This document shows positions 24,208 through 36,145 of a stretch of 64,000 nucleotides of DNA, one piece after another. Position numbers and translations under genes: made by a program. The notes under the pieces were generated by a model, which had not been told where the DNA came from, searched no databases, and saw only the letters and a list, made by a program, of their open reading frames with translations. Each line of letters opens with the position of its first letter. Position 1 is the first letter of the stretch. Source of the DNA: Lama guanicoe (taxonomy: Eukaryota); NCBI GenBank assembly GCA_013239625.1, contig MU053379.1, positions 70,490 through 134,489 of the forward strand, given 5' to 3'.

Positions 24208-24600
24208 TGTATAAGTCAGAATGGGTTAGGCTATGCCACATAAACAAATATCCCCAGAATCTTGGTTAATTATTTCTTGCTTGTTACACAGCCAATTTGA
24301 ACTGGTATATGTGTGGGTAAGGGAGCTGTCCTCTGATCACTGCAGTCACTTGGGGACCTAAGCCTGAGAGAGGTTCCATCCTAGATCACAAAGTCAGGGA
24401 AGAGGACACTTGGTAAGTTCTGCACTGGCTGACGATGCTTCTGCCTGAAAATGATGCATAGCTCATGGCCTCATGCTTCATTAGCCAAAGCAAGTTACAA
24501 GACTGTGCCAATTTTCAGAGGGTGTGGAGAAGAAGTCCTCCATGAGCCTGGAAGGAGACAAGAACCAGCATGTGTGTGCCCAGCTGCAGTGACTACCACA
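24208..24600 (-). mobile_element. Old MaLR LTR (MLT1 family)
   Basis: TG...CA ends flanked by the direct repeat AATTAG (24202-24207, 24601-24606). Confidence 0.65.
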
Positions 24601-24831
24601 AATTAGAAGGTGACCCAGAGCCTCACTCACAGTCAGGCAATCTCTTGTCAAGAGGGAATAGAAACTCCAGACTTTCTCACTCTCACTTAAGATTTACTTC
24701 CAAATGCCCAAGAGAAGGCAGTTAAAATAAGGGAGAGTTTCAGATACATAGAAGAAACAGTCAATTTGTGTTTGCATGAGAAGGTAGGATTCTGTGTCTA
24801 TGATGTGACACTGGCTAATCGACCAAGCACT

Positions 24832-24982
24832 TTTTTTTAAAATTTAATTTATTTTATTTTTAGGGGGTGGAGGTAATTAGGTTTACTTATTTATTTATTT
24901 TTTGAGGAGGTACTGGATTGAGCCCAGGACCTTGTGTATACCGAGCATGCACTCTACCACTTGAGCTATGCCCATTGCCCCC
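24832..24982 (-). mobile_element. Camelid tRNA-derived SINE (Vic-1-like)
   Basis: Reverse complement reads atagctcaagtggtagagtgcatgctcgg...ggtcctgggctcaatcccagtacctcc plus an A-rich tail; TSD ACCAAGCACT (24822-24831, 24985-24994). Confidence 0.85.
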
Positions 24983-25009
24983 AAACCAAGCACTCAAGAG
25001 GAAATGCTT

Positions 25010-25168
25010 AGGGTCTTGCAACCCAAAATGTGGAACCAGCAGCAGGAGCATCTCCTGGGAGCTTGCTCTAAATGCAAATTCTTGGGCCCTAGCCAGCTCT
25101 ATCAAATCAAAATTTGATTTTAACAAAATCAGTAGGAGATCCGTGTACACATTAATGTTTGAGAGGCA
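25010..25168. mobile_element. MER5A-like MITE
   Basis: ccagcagcaggagcatctcctgggagcttgctctaaatgcaaattcttgggccc...tttaacaaaatc. Confidence 0.7.
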
Positions 25169-27995
25169 ATGGATTAGGATATCTGGGGTCTGCCCAGGAA
25201 ATCAATGAGACTTCATGCGTGAAATTACGTAATTGAGGTCTCACATTTTTTAAAAGTTTCCTTTTTAAAATTTTAATTTTTTAATTGTCATAGGGTTAAG
25301 CCTTAAAAAAGATCCACAGCATTGAATCACAGAAGCAAAACCTGCTGAACTTAAGAATTTTATCTGCATAATAATTTGCCTGTTAGGTGGGCCTCATGGG
25401 ACTGGCATCTTATTTTTCCAGTCTTGAAGAGAATGGGAGTCATGTGATGTCACTTTACTGGACTTCAAGGGGAGGTCAGATTGTACCATGTGGAGCACAA
25501 CTTATGCATAGTGTTGAACATTAAGAAGTTCAGGTTTTCCACTACAATTCTTTGAATTAGTTATAAAGTCTTCAAAGGCAAACTACCACTTCCAAACTAT
25601 ATAGAATGCAGACATTATCATAGCCTATCTCAGATTCCACATAATTTGGGGAGAGGGTATCATTCTCATATATGTGAAAGACATCCTATTATTAACATTA
25701 ACAAAGTAGTACATATCAGAGGTGAGAGTCATTATTTTTTCCCCTTCCCTTAAAACAAGAATATTTCTCAAAAGCATAAAATAGAAGGACTGAAGTGAAT
25801 AAAAGAAAATGATACAACAAAGTGCTTTCCTTCCTAAATTGTGGGGATGGGAGAGATTTTTTGGGAAGATTCGGCAGACATCATTCCAACAAGCTAGGAA
25901 AAGCTAAACCTGATTTGATGCTCAACAATAGTGCCTCAATTTGTTTAATGCTTGTTGTGGAAATAATTTCACTCTACATAAATTTCTTAATGTAATCACC
26001 ACCTGGGGAGAGAAAGAAGATACAAACAAATTGCCATACATTTTACAGTTCTATCTAACATAAATAAGGCAAAATTTATCCACAGTTTTATGATGCATTT
26101 TTCTTTAAACATGGCTCCATCTCAAAACGACTGCAGCAAGATACTGAAAACATTAATGAGAAACATAAGACACGTTCAGATAAGGTAGGAAAATATTTGT
26201 GTATTCAGAGTCACTACGAAACGCCTCAGTTATCCTTATAATTTAACTGTCTTGACATGGTTTCATTCCCAGCTGTTGGTAGTAATTTTTCTGCTGCCTC
26301 TGAAATAAGCGAGTTTCATCTTCAGTAGATGCATTAAGCTTGGCTAGAGCTGCAGCACTGCCTCTGGGTGTCGTTTGGTAAACAACCTGTTTTATAGGAA
26401 AGTAAATCATCTTGCTTAACTGAGATTTGAGAATCTGGACTGAGCAGAACTCAGAGTAAACCCATTTGCTTTTCTATTATTTTTTAAAATATGTGAGTTT
26501 TTGGCATCTGATTCCCGATCTGATCCTCAAGAGGGGAATTTGGCTATAAGAAAGTGATGGTTGTTTTTACCGTACATCTAACCAAAGTTTGGGTGTTAAA
26601 ATGCTCTTAATATAGTTAGGTAACCGGGCCATGCAAGGCTTCTCACAAGACAGGGAAAACCCCTTTCTCCCCTTCTTTCCTTTCCCAGTCCTACTTTCAA
26701 TGACTGTTTCTCCAAATCACTCAGGAAACCACTGAGGACAATTAACAAGTTATTGGAAAGCCCAGAGCAACTGCCCAAGGACAGGAAAATGGAAAGAGCA
26801 TGCAGATCATTGCCCCTGAATTGATATTAGATGATTTTCTTCTTGTAATGAATAGTAGCCATTGTTTAATTGTTAACAAAACAATTCTGTGTTTCAGGGC
26901 TTCTGTGTTTCCCATGGTATTTGCTGCCCAAGCAGAGTGTTTTTGCAAAGTCTTACCTTACTCTTTTTTAATAGTTATGATGAGCTCTTAGCCAGAACCA
27001 CATACACAATACAGTTTAGCCATCCTCATTGTCATCGAATGGAATTAATTAATTGCTCAGATGCCCAAATTAATGCACAGGGCAGCTTGTCTCTTGTTAT
27101 TCAGCAATGCTTTTATTTCGTTTATACTCTCTTTTAATGTTTCAAGGATATTCTCTTTCTATCCTATCATAATTACTTAGCTGAGGCAGGATTATTTACC
27201 TTCCTTCTAATTTTTATATCTCTATAAGAAAATAACTCTTTTTTATGACTGCTTCATATTATTTCCTACACTTATATGCATCTCCATAAGACATCACATT
27301 TTTACAGTGTTGCTAATTTTCCAAGAAGCATCATTCGTTCATTCAATACACATTTATTATCAGCTACGTTTCTAGTTACTGAAGGTACTGAGTGAACAAA
27401 GCAGAGAAAAATCCCTACCCTCAAGAAGCTTACATTATTTTGAAGTAGTTACAACTTCAGGAGATCTTTTAAAATAAAAATCCCCAATTTATAAAACAAG
27501 TCTATTTGGCCTCTTTATCCATATGTCCAAGTCATAGTCAGCATTTAGAAAAACATTTATGAACCATTTATTTTGTGTCTGACAATGTGTTGATCACTTT
27601 ACATTTTGCTCACTTAATCCTTACAATAACTCCAGAAGGAGGTACTGTTTTGATCCTTAAAGATGAGGACAGTGAGGCTCAGAAACATTAGTTAAGGGGA
27701 AGATACATAATTAGATTTTTCTTGGCTCTCAACAACCATTTCATATTCCAGATGATGCTTTCCACACATTTGATGAGTGGATGAATGAATGCATGTACTT
27801 TCTGGATTCAAGCTCTTCAGTAAAGTGTTGGAAAAGAGTCCCCTCAGAGCCCCAAGAACTGGAGGAGACTTGATAGGCAGGTATTGGCTGCTCTGAAGGT
27901 GATATTAAACCAGGGTCAGCCAGAGCCCAGAGAAGGATGAAATCAAGGGATCTGCCCCCTTAGTCAGCATTAAGGGCTGCACCTATAAAACTATG

Positions 27996-28466
27996 CAGAG
28001 GGTCCCTGACTTATAATTTTTTTACTGTATGATGGTGGAAAAGTGATATGTGTTCAATAAAAACCAGACTTCAAATTTTGAATGATGGTCTTTTCCTTGG
28101 CTAGCGATATGCGGTAGACACTAGCTGTGTCTTGATGCTGGGCAGAAAGCCACGGCTCCTGGACCGACACATCATCATGAGGGTGAACTACATCAGGTAC
28201 CCAAATTACCATCGTGTTTTTCACTTTCAGTTCAGTATTCAATAAATTACATGAGATGTGCAACATAAAATAAGCTTTGCATAGATGATTTTGCCCAACT
28301 GTAGGGTAATGTGAGCGTTCTGACCTCATTTAAGGTAGGCTTGGTTAAGCTGTGATGTTCAGTAGATTAGGTGTACTAAATGCATTTGCATTTGGGTCTT
28401 ACACTGTTTTCAGTTTACAGCTGGGTTTGTCAGGATTTAACCCCATCATAAACCCAGGAAGATCTT
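27996..28466 (-). mobile_element. Tigger5/MER47-like TcMar DNA transposon
   Basis: Terminal cagagggtccctgacttat and aaccccatcataaacccaggaagatct; internal ttttgcccaactgtagg...tttaaggtaggct...gattaggtgta matches the recalled MER47 consensus. Confidence 0.75.
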
Positions 28467-28649
28467 TATGGGATTTTGGAAAGAAGGAAGGCACCTGTTG
28501 CATGGAGTATAGAAGCATAAACTCACGGTGGGGGAAATGAATCACTGTCTTTCCCCATGCCCTCACTCCATAGCCCCAGGATTTCAGTTTAATTGCACAC
28601 TGTTCCCAAAAGCCTCCTTCCCTTTTCCCATTTCCCCTTCTCACCTTTT

Positions 28650-28810
28650 CTCCCCGCCCGTCAGATGCGCGTGCGCAGGGAGATTCCACACCGCCGCCTG
28701 GAAAACGGGGGAATCGATCCACTCTGGGCTCGGCTTCTCGACTTGTCGGCACTCGATTGAGGCGCTCTCTACCGTTACTTCCGGTGCCTGCTCCACTTCC
28801 GGTTTCCGGC
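28650..28810 (+). promoter_or_regulatory. SNRPB2: SNRPB2 TATA-less CpG-island promoter
   Basis: GC box CCCCGCCC at 28652-28659; NRF1 site TGCGCGTGCGCA at 28666-28677; three ETS/GABP cores TTCCGG at 28779, 28797 and 28804. CpG-rich zone extends to ~29400. Confidence 0.85.
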
Positions 28811-28844
28811 TTGTGGCTGTTAGGAGACGCCCTGGACGCTTCAG
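28790..28844 (+). other. SNRPB2: SNRPB2 non-coding exon 1 (5' end approximate)
   Basis: Strong donor CAG|GTGAGC at 28844/28845 just downstream of the promoter motifs; no ATG; TSS cannot be fixed from sequence. Confidence 0.7.
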
Positions 28845-28898
28845 GTGAGCTGGCTCGCGTTGTGCCTCGGTTTTTCCGCTACCCGGGCTGCTGGTTGC

Positions 28899-29104
28899 GC
28901 TCGGGCCGGCGCTCCGCGGTGGGAGTCGGGGGTGGACGAGGCGCGGTGATGGGTCCGGGACACGTGCGGCCCGGTGTTGGCGGAGGGTGGGGGGGGGCGA
29001 GAGCTCGGGCCGGCGCTCCGCGGTGGGAGTCGGGGGTGGACGAGGCGCGGTGATGGGTCCGGGACACGTGCGGCCCGGTGTTGGCGGAGGGTGGGGGGGG
29101 CGAG
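28899..29104 (+). repeat. Two-copy tandem duplication, period 104 bp
   Basis: Copies start at 28899 and 29003 and are identical apart from the G-run (9 vs 8 G). Confidence 0.95.
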
Positions 29105-30630
29105 GGGGTGAGGGGGCGAGGAGGGATGGAAACTGACGCGCGGGTCCTGCGAGGCCTCTGGACTTAGGAACCTTGTCTCTAGCGGGACGAGACGCGGCCG
29201 GGAATTGCGTGGCCGCTCCCTGGGGCTTCTGGCCGGCCTGTGGGCATGTGTGCCTGGGTCTAGGAAGGCAGAAAGTTATGGTCTCGTTGTACGAGGCGTT
29301 TACAGCTCTCCGTGCGCTTCAGCTGCCTGCCGGAGGCTCCCTTTTAGATCCGGGGGGAGATTCCCGGTGTCCCCGCGCTAGGCCAGGCCACCATCAAACC
29401 TCGCATGAAATAATGCAAGAACCTCTTCTCTGCCTTCGGTTTGATCTCTGTTACTTTCCTCTCATCATTGTTTCCGCGACCCTAGTCCCCCAGGTTTCAG
29501 TTTAGGGGGTCACAAGTCCCTGAGAAGCATCACCTTTCACGTGTTACCCTCACAAGTAACAGGCCCTGTTTTGTAGTCTCTTTCCTTGTCAGTCATCCAG
29601 TGCTATTCACATACAATGAGTGTAAATATTCATGAAATGAAGGAATATGTGGAGCACTAAGGAAATAAAGCAAGGTGAAAACTTGCAATTGAAACAGCGT
29701 GAAAAATGAAATGGTGGTGAGTGTGAAAGAAAACTACAACAGAGGAAATAAGGGCTGAATTCTCTGGCCTTCTACTCATCAGCTGTGTGCCAGTGGGCTA
29801 GGACTTGTATTAACCTGACATTAACAACAGCTGCGTGAAGTGCTTACTGCTGATAGCAGAACTTTGTCTCTTTTAGTCTTCTGAGCTCCACTGGATAAGT
29901 TCTGTTACCACCCCCGTTTTACAGATGTGGACCTGGGAGGTTAAGCAGCTTGCCCTCAGTCAAGCAGCTAGTCAGAAGCATAGACAGGATCTGTATTTCC
30001 ATCAAGCTGGCACTAGAATCTAAGCTCTTAACTATCATGTAGTACCACTCCAGTCTTTCAGGTGTGTTACATGTGACTTTGGAGGCAGGGCTGTTGGTGA
30101 TGGTATATATAAATTAAGTAATAAATATGAAAATGCTTCTTAAGTGTACCCATGAAATAGTTCTTGGCAAACTTCATTAATGTTCTAGCTTAATGACTTT
30201 TATTGGGTGTACATTTGCTAGTTTCTTTTTCATTGTTCACTTCTACTCAGTTTTTAAATTTCATTGAAAAAGAAAAGTTATTTCATTAGGCAGATGGAAA
30301 AAACAGTATCACATGTCATAAGTGAAAGATAAATATAAAAATAAATGTATTGAATAAATTATGTTATTAAAGTCTGACTAAATAATAGTGCCCAACCAAG
30401 TTTTCAGCCTGAGAACAGTTCTCGTTTTGTTTAAAAAGGAAGGCTGGCAAGTTCTGAGAGGTTTTAAGCTGCTGCCAAACTGATATTTTCTGACATTTGG
30501 AATTGAAAGAATTGAACAGTTAATAACCTTGTGTTGTGTCCTCAGTGCTGCACTCCATGTGAATTAATCCTCCCTGTTGATAACAATATTTACCATCTCT
30601 TTAGGCTGTTTGAACAGTATAACCTAAAAC

Positions 30631-30694
30631 ATGGATATCAGACCAAATCATACAATTTATATCAACAATATGAATGACAAAATTAAAAAAGAAG
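30631..30694 (+). CDS. SNRPB2: U2 snRNP protein B'' coding exon 1 (exon 2 begins at 30605)
   Basis: Kozak aaacATGG; encodes MDIRPNHTIYINNMNDKIKKE; acceptor tttag at 30604; donor gtaagt at 30695. Confidence 0.98.
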
Positions 30695-31067
30695 GTAAGT
30701 GCTTGTAAGAAAATGACTAAAATGTGTTTAATTACTACCATCTTAAAAATTCTACTGCTTCACAAGTTCTCATCTCAGTATTTTTTCTCAGTGCTTCAAA
30801 TGATCTATCCCTTTTTGTAAGGATTTTAAGTCTTTTTAAAGATAAAAATAGGGGCTGAAAATGTGGTGACTCTCTCTTCACTCATCGATGAAATGATTTC
30901 AAAACCTTTAAAATTAGACAGCCAATGAGAATAGTATGATGTTTTTATTAAAATATGTAACTTCGTATAAATAAATGAATGGGCACGATCAGGGCAGTGT
31001 CATTTTATGAAGCATTTTGTCATCATTTCATTCACAAATAACTTGTTTCCCCTCTAACTTTGTGCAG

Positions 31068-31240
31068 AATTGAAGAGATCCCTGTATGCTCTGTTTTCTC
31101 AGTTTGGCCATGTGGTAGATATTGTGGCTTTAAAGACCATGAAGATGAGGGGGCAAGCCTTTGTTATATTTAAGGAACTGGGCTCTTCCACAAATGCCTT
31201 GAGACAGTTACAGGGGTTTCCATTTTATGGCAAACCAATG
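31068..31240 (+). CDS. SNRPB2: U2 snRNP B'' exon 3 (RRM1)
   Basis: [37 protein letters not shown]...FYGKPM, containing RNP1 RGQAFVIF; flanked by ag/gt; 173 nt. Confidence 0.98.
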
Positions 31241-32119
31241 GTAAGTCACTTTAATCACTGTTACTGATATGCTAGATTTATAAATATGCCCTTGAAAATA
31301 TGGCTGTTGCTTTTCTGCTTTTAATTATGTGTTAGAGCAAATATGCGTTTATTTTATTTACATGCTTATTTTTATACAAAAACAGTAGTAGAGTTTATAA
31401 TTCACTTCTTAATTTATGACGGTTAAAATAGGCAAAAGCAAAGTACATTGAGATGTAGAATATTTTAAAAACAATGGCAGTATAGATAGTACTTTTGTCT
31501 CAGAACTAGAAATTGATCATTGTTCAGAGATTAAAAAGAAACATCTGTTTGTAAAATGGTAAAACACAAAAGTCATGGGTCAAGGGGAAATCAAGTCTGA
31601 GGTTTTAGAAAATGCTTAGTGAAATACTGCATATCAGAAGCACTGCAGTCCAGAGAAAGCAGTGATCTAAGGATAATTCATAGATTTAAAGTCATAGCTT
31701 TATTAATGAATAACAATGAATGAAAATGAAATAGTTATGCATGGAAAGTTTTAAACTGAAGAGTGACATGTAAGATTTCGCATTTAGCTGCTGGATGGTT
31801 ATTGGATTGTGGGAGGGATTGAAGGGAAGTAGGGAACTCAGGAGATGCTGGTGTGAGTCGGAGATGGAGAGGATCGGAGCAGGGTGGAGACAGTGTACGT
31901 AGCAGGGGTTCTGCGTGTGTACACACGGAGTGCAGAGCAAAGTGCTTTCCTTCTGGAACTGGAATGTAATGGAAAGGGTGTTGGGGAAAGAGCCAAGGCC
32001 CAGAGTTTCCAAGACCCACGTTGTCATTCTGGTTCTGCTATTGGCTGGCTCTGTGCACATGTTCAGTTTCACCACCTGTAAAATGTAAGCACGTTGCATA
32101 TTCTTTGGTCTAATTCACC

Positions 32120-32680
32120 AGTGACCAAAAACTCTGTAAAGGACCAGGTAACAAATATTTTAGGCTTTGTGCCACATAATGGCTTTTGTTGCATATTCTT
32201 TGTGTGTGTGTTTTTAAACAGTCCTTTGAAATTGTTTAAAAAAAACAAGGGAAAGGAAGAAAATTTCTTAACTCATAGGCCTTACAGAAAAAGGCCATGG
32301 ACTGGATCTGGCCCATGATCTGTAGTGCAGACCACTTTATTTGATTCCTTTATTTTACAAGTGAAGAATCAGGCACAGAAAGTTTGTCTTGATATGATTT
32401 GTGGACTTAAAAGCTAGTCTCCTGACACCCAGTATTGTGTTTTTTTCCCCCTCCCTAAACTAGGATTCAGCTCCCTGTCTGTAAAAGGCCAGATAGCAAA
32501 TATTTTAGGCTTTACGAGCCAGCTAATCTCTTTTGCAGTGACTTAACTTTGCCATCGTGGCAGGAAAAGCAGCCATGGATGGTATGCAGGTGGCTGGGTG
32601 TGGCTGTGTTCCAGGAAGACCTAATGTACAAAAACAGGCCATGTTGGCGGCGGTCAGTAAGTTGAGGACTTCTGAACCAG
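32120..32680. mobile_element. Two MER58-like MITEs in SNRPB2 intron 3
   Basis: ctgtaaaggaccaggtaacaaatattttaggcttt (~32134) and ctgtaaaaggccagatagcaaatattttaggcttt (~32479). Confidence 0.7.
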
Positions 32681-33534
32681 GCTGCTTAATTCAGGACTGA
32701 GCACTTTTTGTCAGTTATACTGGAGCAAGTTTTCTTCTCTTCAGTCCAGCTCCCCTTTTCCCGTCGTTTCCCACACGACTGGACACCATGTATGTGGAAA
32801 GTCCTGTTCTGGAAAACTGTGGGATGGTACCTGCATACCCTGATTTTCAGTAACTTGGGATTTCCTGAAACCGGTTTATCTGAGTATTAGCAGTATGAAA
32901 AAACAGCATAATTGAGATCTCAGTTGGCAGCAGCATAAGGCTGGGTTTTAGTTGAAATCTAGAATGACCTTAGTGTAGAGGAGCAGTTTCTTCCCATAGA
33001 GGCTTTGGGGCTGTTTTGCTAAGTCGAGATGACAGGTTTGCGTGGGCCTTTTACTGAGATTCAGGAGAGCTGGATCTTTTTGCTCTGTTCGGCGCTGGCT
33101 TCACCTTGACAACTGATTATTTAAAATCAATGGGAAAAGCCTATTAGACTGATCTCATATTGAAGGTGTTTTAGGAGGGCTGTTCTCTGCCTTCAGGAAA
33201 GTCGTAGTTACAGCCCGATCTCCAGCATCCGGGAAGAGGGGGAAGAACGTTGCGTGAGCTGCCTTGTTCGTATTTACTTAGGTGGTTTCAGTTGCTCTTC
33301 TGTTGTAACTCCAACATGCCGGATCAGAAATGGACAAAATTTTCTCTGACTTGGAACTCAGAACAAAATTATTCTCTGTGATTCAAGGACATTTGGTTAT
33401 TTAATTCCAAAAATACCTCAGTAAAGTCAGAACCTTCTTCCTAATGGCTTCTGTCATGAAACCTTTGGTATAAATGTAAATCTTGCGCCTTCTCCAAGCT
33501 GTGGGTGAATTTTTTTCCCTTTTCCAGTATAAAC

Positions 33535-33680
33535 CCGGGTTTTTCAACACCATCACTTGACATTTTGAACTGAATAGTTTTTTTGTTGTTGGGGCTGTCT
33601 TGTTTGTTGTGTAGCGTGTTTACCAGCATCTCTGGCCTCTGTCCCTCCCACCACGTGCCAGTAGCGGCACAGTCTGTGCC
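33535..33680. mobile_element. MER20-like MITE fragment
   Basis: tgacattttgaactgaatag...ggggctgtct...gtgtttaccagcatctctggcctct...tgccagtagc. Confidence 0.7.
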
Positions 33681-35145
33681 TCAGGCAGCAGTGCCCGCTG
33701 CCTCCCGGTGGGCACACTCTCCTCTGGCTGAGAACTGCTGCTCTGGGCCGGCCAGCTAGGAGGAGGGCTGAGATCAGAGATGTTCACAGGTTGTAGGGGC
33801 AAATACAAGGTCACCCAGCAGCTATTTGGGTCAGTAAGAAGGTTGAAGACCGAGGAGGGTTGGGAGGGAATCCTTGGGGCCAAGTCAGAGTTAGTCTAAA
33901 CCTGTTTCTCTTGGTTAGATGAGGACGTGCAAGGCCAGCAGGGCTGCTTGCAGGGGTAAGTCCACTTGGAGCTGCCGTGGTGCAGCAGCCAAGCGGCCCC
34001 AGAAAGCCTCGGGCCTAGGGTGTCATGGGAGGCCTGCTCCCCTCCGTACCCCTGTATATTCATCTATAGCTGAAGTAAAAGACAGGAAAGAACTGCTATG
34101 GTTTTAACAAATCCCTTGCTTCCAAACCCACATTACTTTAAAATGTCACTTGTTCCCTTCAGACTGAAATCAAATTCGTGCCATACAAGACAATTTTAGG
34201 GAGTAATAGGTAGGACTGTGGTGTTTTGATGTAACCAGAGAGGGTAGTTTCAGCTCTTCCAGCTCCAGCGAAGAAACGTTCCCTTGAATTGGAAGGTGCA
34301 TTTTGCAAGTAGGTGCGCTCTAGGTGACAGTGTAACTCACAGCAAAAGTTTTGGGACGGATAATTGGTGTCAAATTCAGCTATGTGATAGTGCTTTAGGC
34401 CAGAGCTCAAAGTGTGGGCCCCACCACCCCCTTTGTGTTTGTCAAAAGTGCAGAGTCAGCCTCACCAGACCCTCTGCATCAGAACCTGCTCTCTTACAAG
34501 CTGTCCAGGTAGTTGGAAGGCATGTTCAAGTTTATGAAGCAGTGTCCTAGACCGGTGGTGTTCAGCGCTTGCTCCCAGTGTGTGCTGTGTCTGCTGGCTG
34601 TGACCTGTCATTCAGGCAAGTGGCCTGGTTACACAAGCTGTGATACCGTCCTTTTGTTTCCATTCAGAGCTTTTTAAATTTAAGTTGATGCCACTCTTAG
34701 TCATTTCATTTAAAAATAATAGACCAGATTCAAAGGAAAGTCATTTTCAATCTTTGTTACTTCAACTTTAGAAGTAACAGATTCCATGTACACCTTGATC
34801 CTCAACTGAGCATCCCTACTAAGAGACAGACAGCTTTCCAGTGTGGTTTTCTCTATTCTTTCATATTAGAGAAGCAGTGGTGCAGATACTCCAAATACTT
34901 CTTTTTCCCATATGACAATCTATGGTTTTTCTTCTAACAAACACAGCTGAATCTAACCTTGTCTCAGTTGTGAATCATGGGCCACGGTTTATTTTCATTT
35001 GGTGCTCAGTAGATTTGACAGATTTCCTTAAAGGATGTGTTTAAAATTAGCTTGTGTTGGCTTAATGAAATTTGAAATATTAATGACAAGTGTAAAAAGC
35101 CAGCAGCATAATGAAAAGTAACCTGTTTTCAAATAATCAAAACAG

Positions 35146-35286
35146 CGAATCCAGTATGCAAAAACGGATTCTGATATAATCTCTAAAATGCGTGGCACTT
35201 TTGCTGACAAAGAAAAGAAAAAAGAAAAGAAAAAAGCCAAAACTGTGGAACAGACTGCAGCAACCGCCAACAAAAAGCCTGGTCAG
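35146..35286 (+). CDS. SNRPB2: U2 snRNP B'' exon 4
   Basis: [47 protein letters not shown]; 141 nt; aacag| acceptor and |gtaaga donor. Confidence 0.97.
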
Positions 35287-36094
35287 GTAAGATGGGCAGA
35301 AGTTCGTATTTGTTTTTGGTATTTTTGGTTCGTATTTAAAAAATTTGTTAAAGATGTCTGTTTTCTACTTGAGGGGTGATCTTTGAGGCATGCATGTGCC
35401 TGTGTGTGTCTTTAAAAGGTGGATTTTTAAGAAGCTGGAATGGTTGCTCAAGTTACAATACTTTTGTTTAAGCAACAAATTAAAACATAAGCCTTTACTT
35501 ATGCAGATTTATGTTAAACAGTTTTATTTGAATTTGCCTGACATTTCATTCCATCATTCTCCAGAATATGTTTATATCTTTTGGCTTATTTGTCAAATTC
35601 TGTGTACAAATGATACTGTAGATACTGTCTTTAATCATGAGTATCCCACTCAAAGCTGCTTTCTTAAAGCCTTATCTAAAATACCAGATAAGGGTGAAAT
35701 TGTCATCCAAAAAGTAGTTACTTTTGGATGGAAAGTGATTAGAAATCAGTTTCACTATGTATAATGCTTGACTTTTTTCTCATTGTTTAAAAAAAGAAAG
35801 ACTGGTCCTTGGTTTTTCTTGTATATATTTCTCCATAGTTTTAAAGCTCAGAGGTTGAATGTTATATAGTCTTTAAGTTAGGGTGAGACCTTTCAAAAAT
35901 ATTTGGTAAATTAAATACATAAATGTTTGAATCATAGTTTTAAGATGTAAATTCTTAAGGAAAGTAAAGTCAAATGGTATAAAAAATCTGTTAATGTTAT
36001 TTTTACTCAGGAATTATAAACACCTGCTTTTTATTTATTTATTTTTAATAGAGGGGTTGGAAATTTTAACTGTTTCTCAATTTTTTTGGTTTAG

Positions 36095-36145
36095 GGAACA
36101 CCAAATTCAGCTAATACCCAAGGAAATGCAACACCAAATCCTCAG
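36095..36145 (+). CDS. SNRPB2: U2 snRNP B'' exon 5 (linker)
   Basis: GTPNSANTQGNATPNPQ; 51 nt; tttag| and |gtaatg. Confidence 0.95.
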
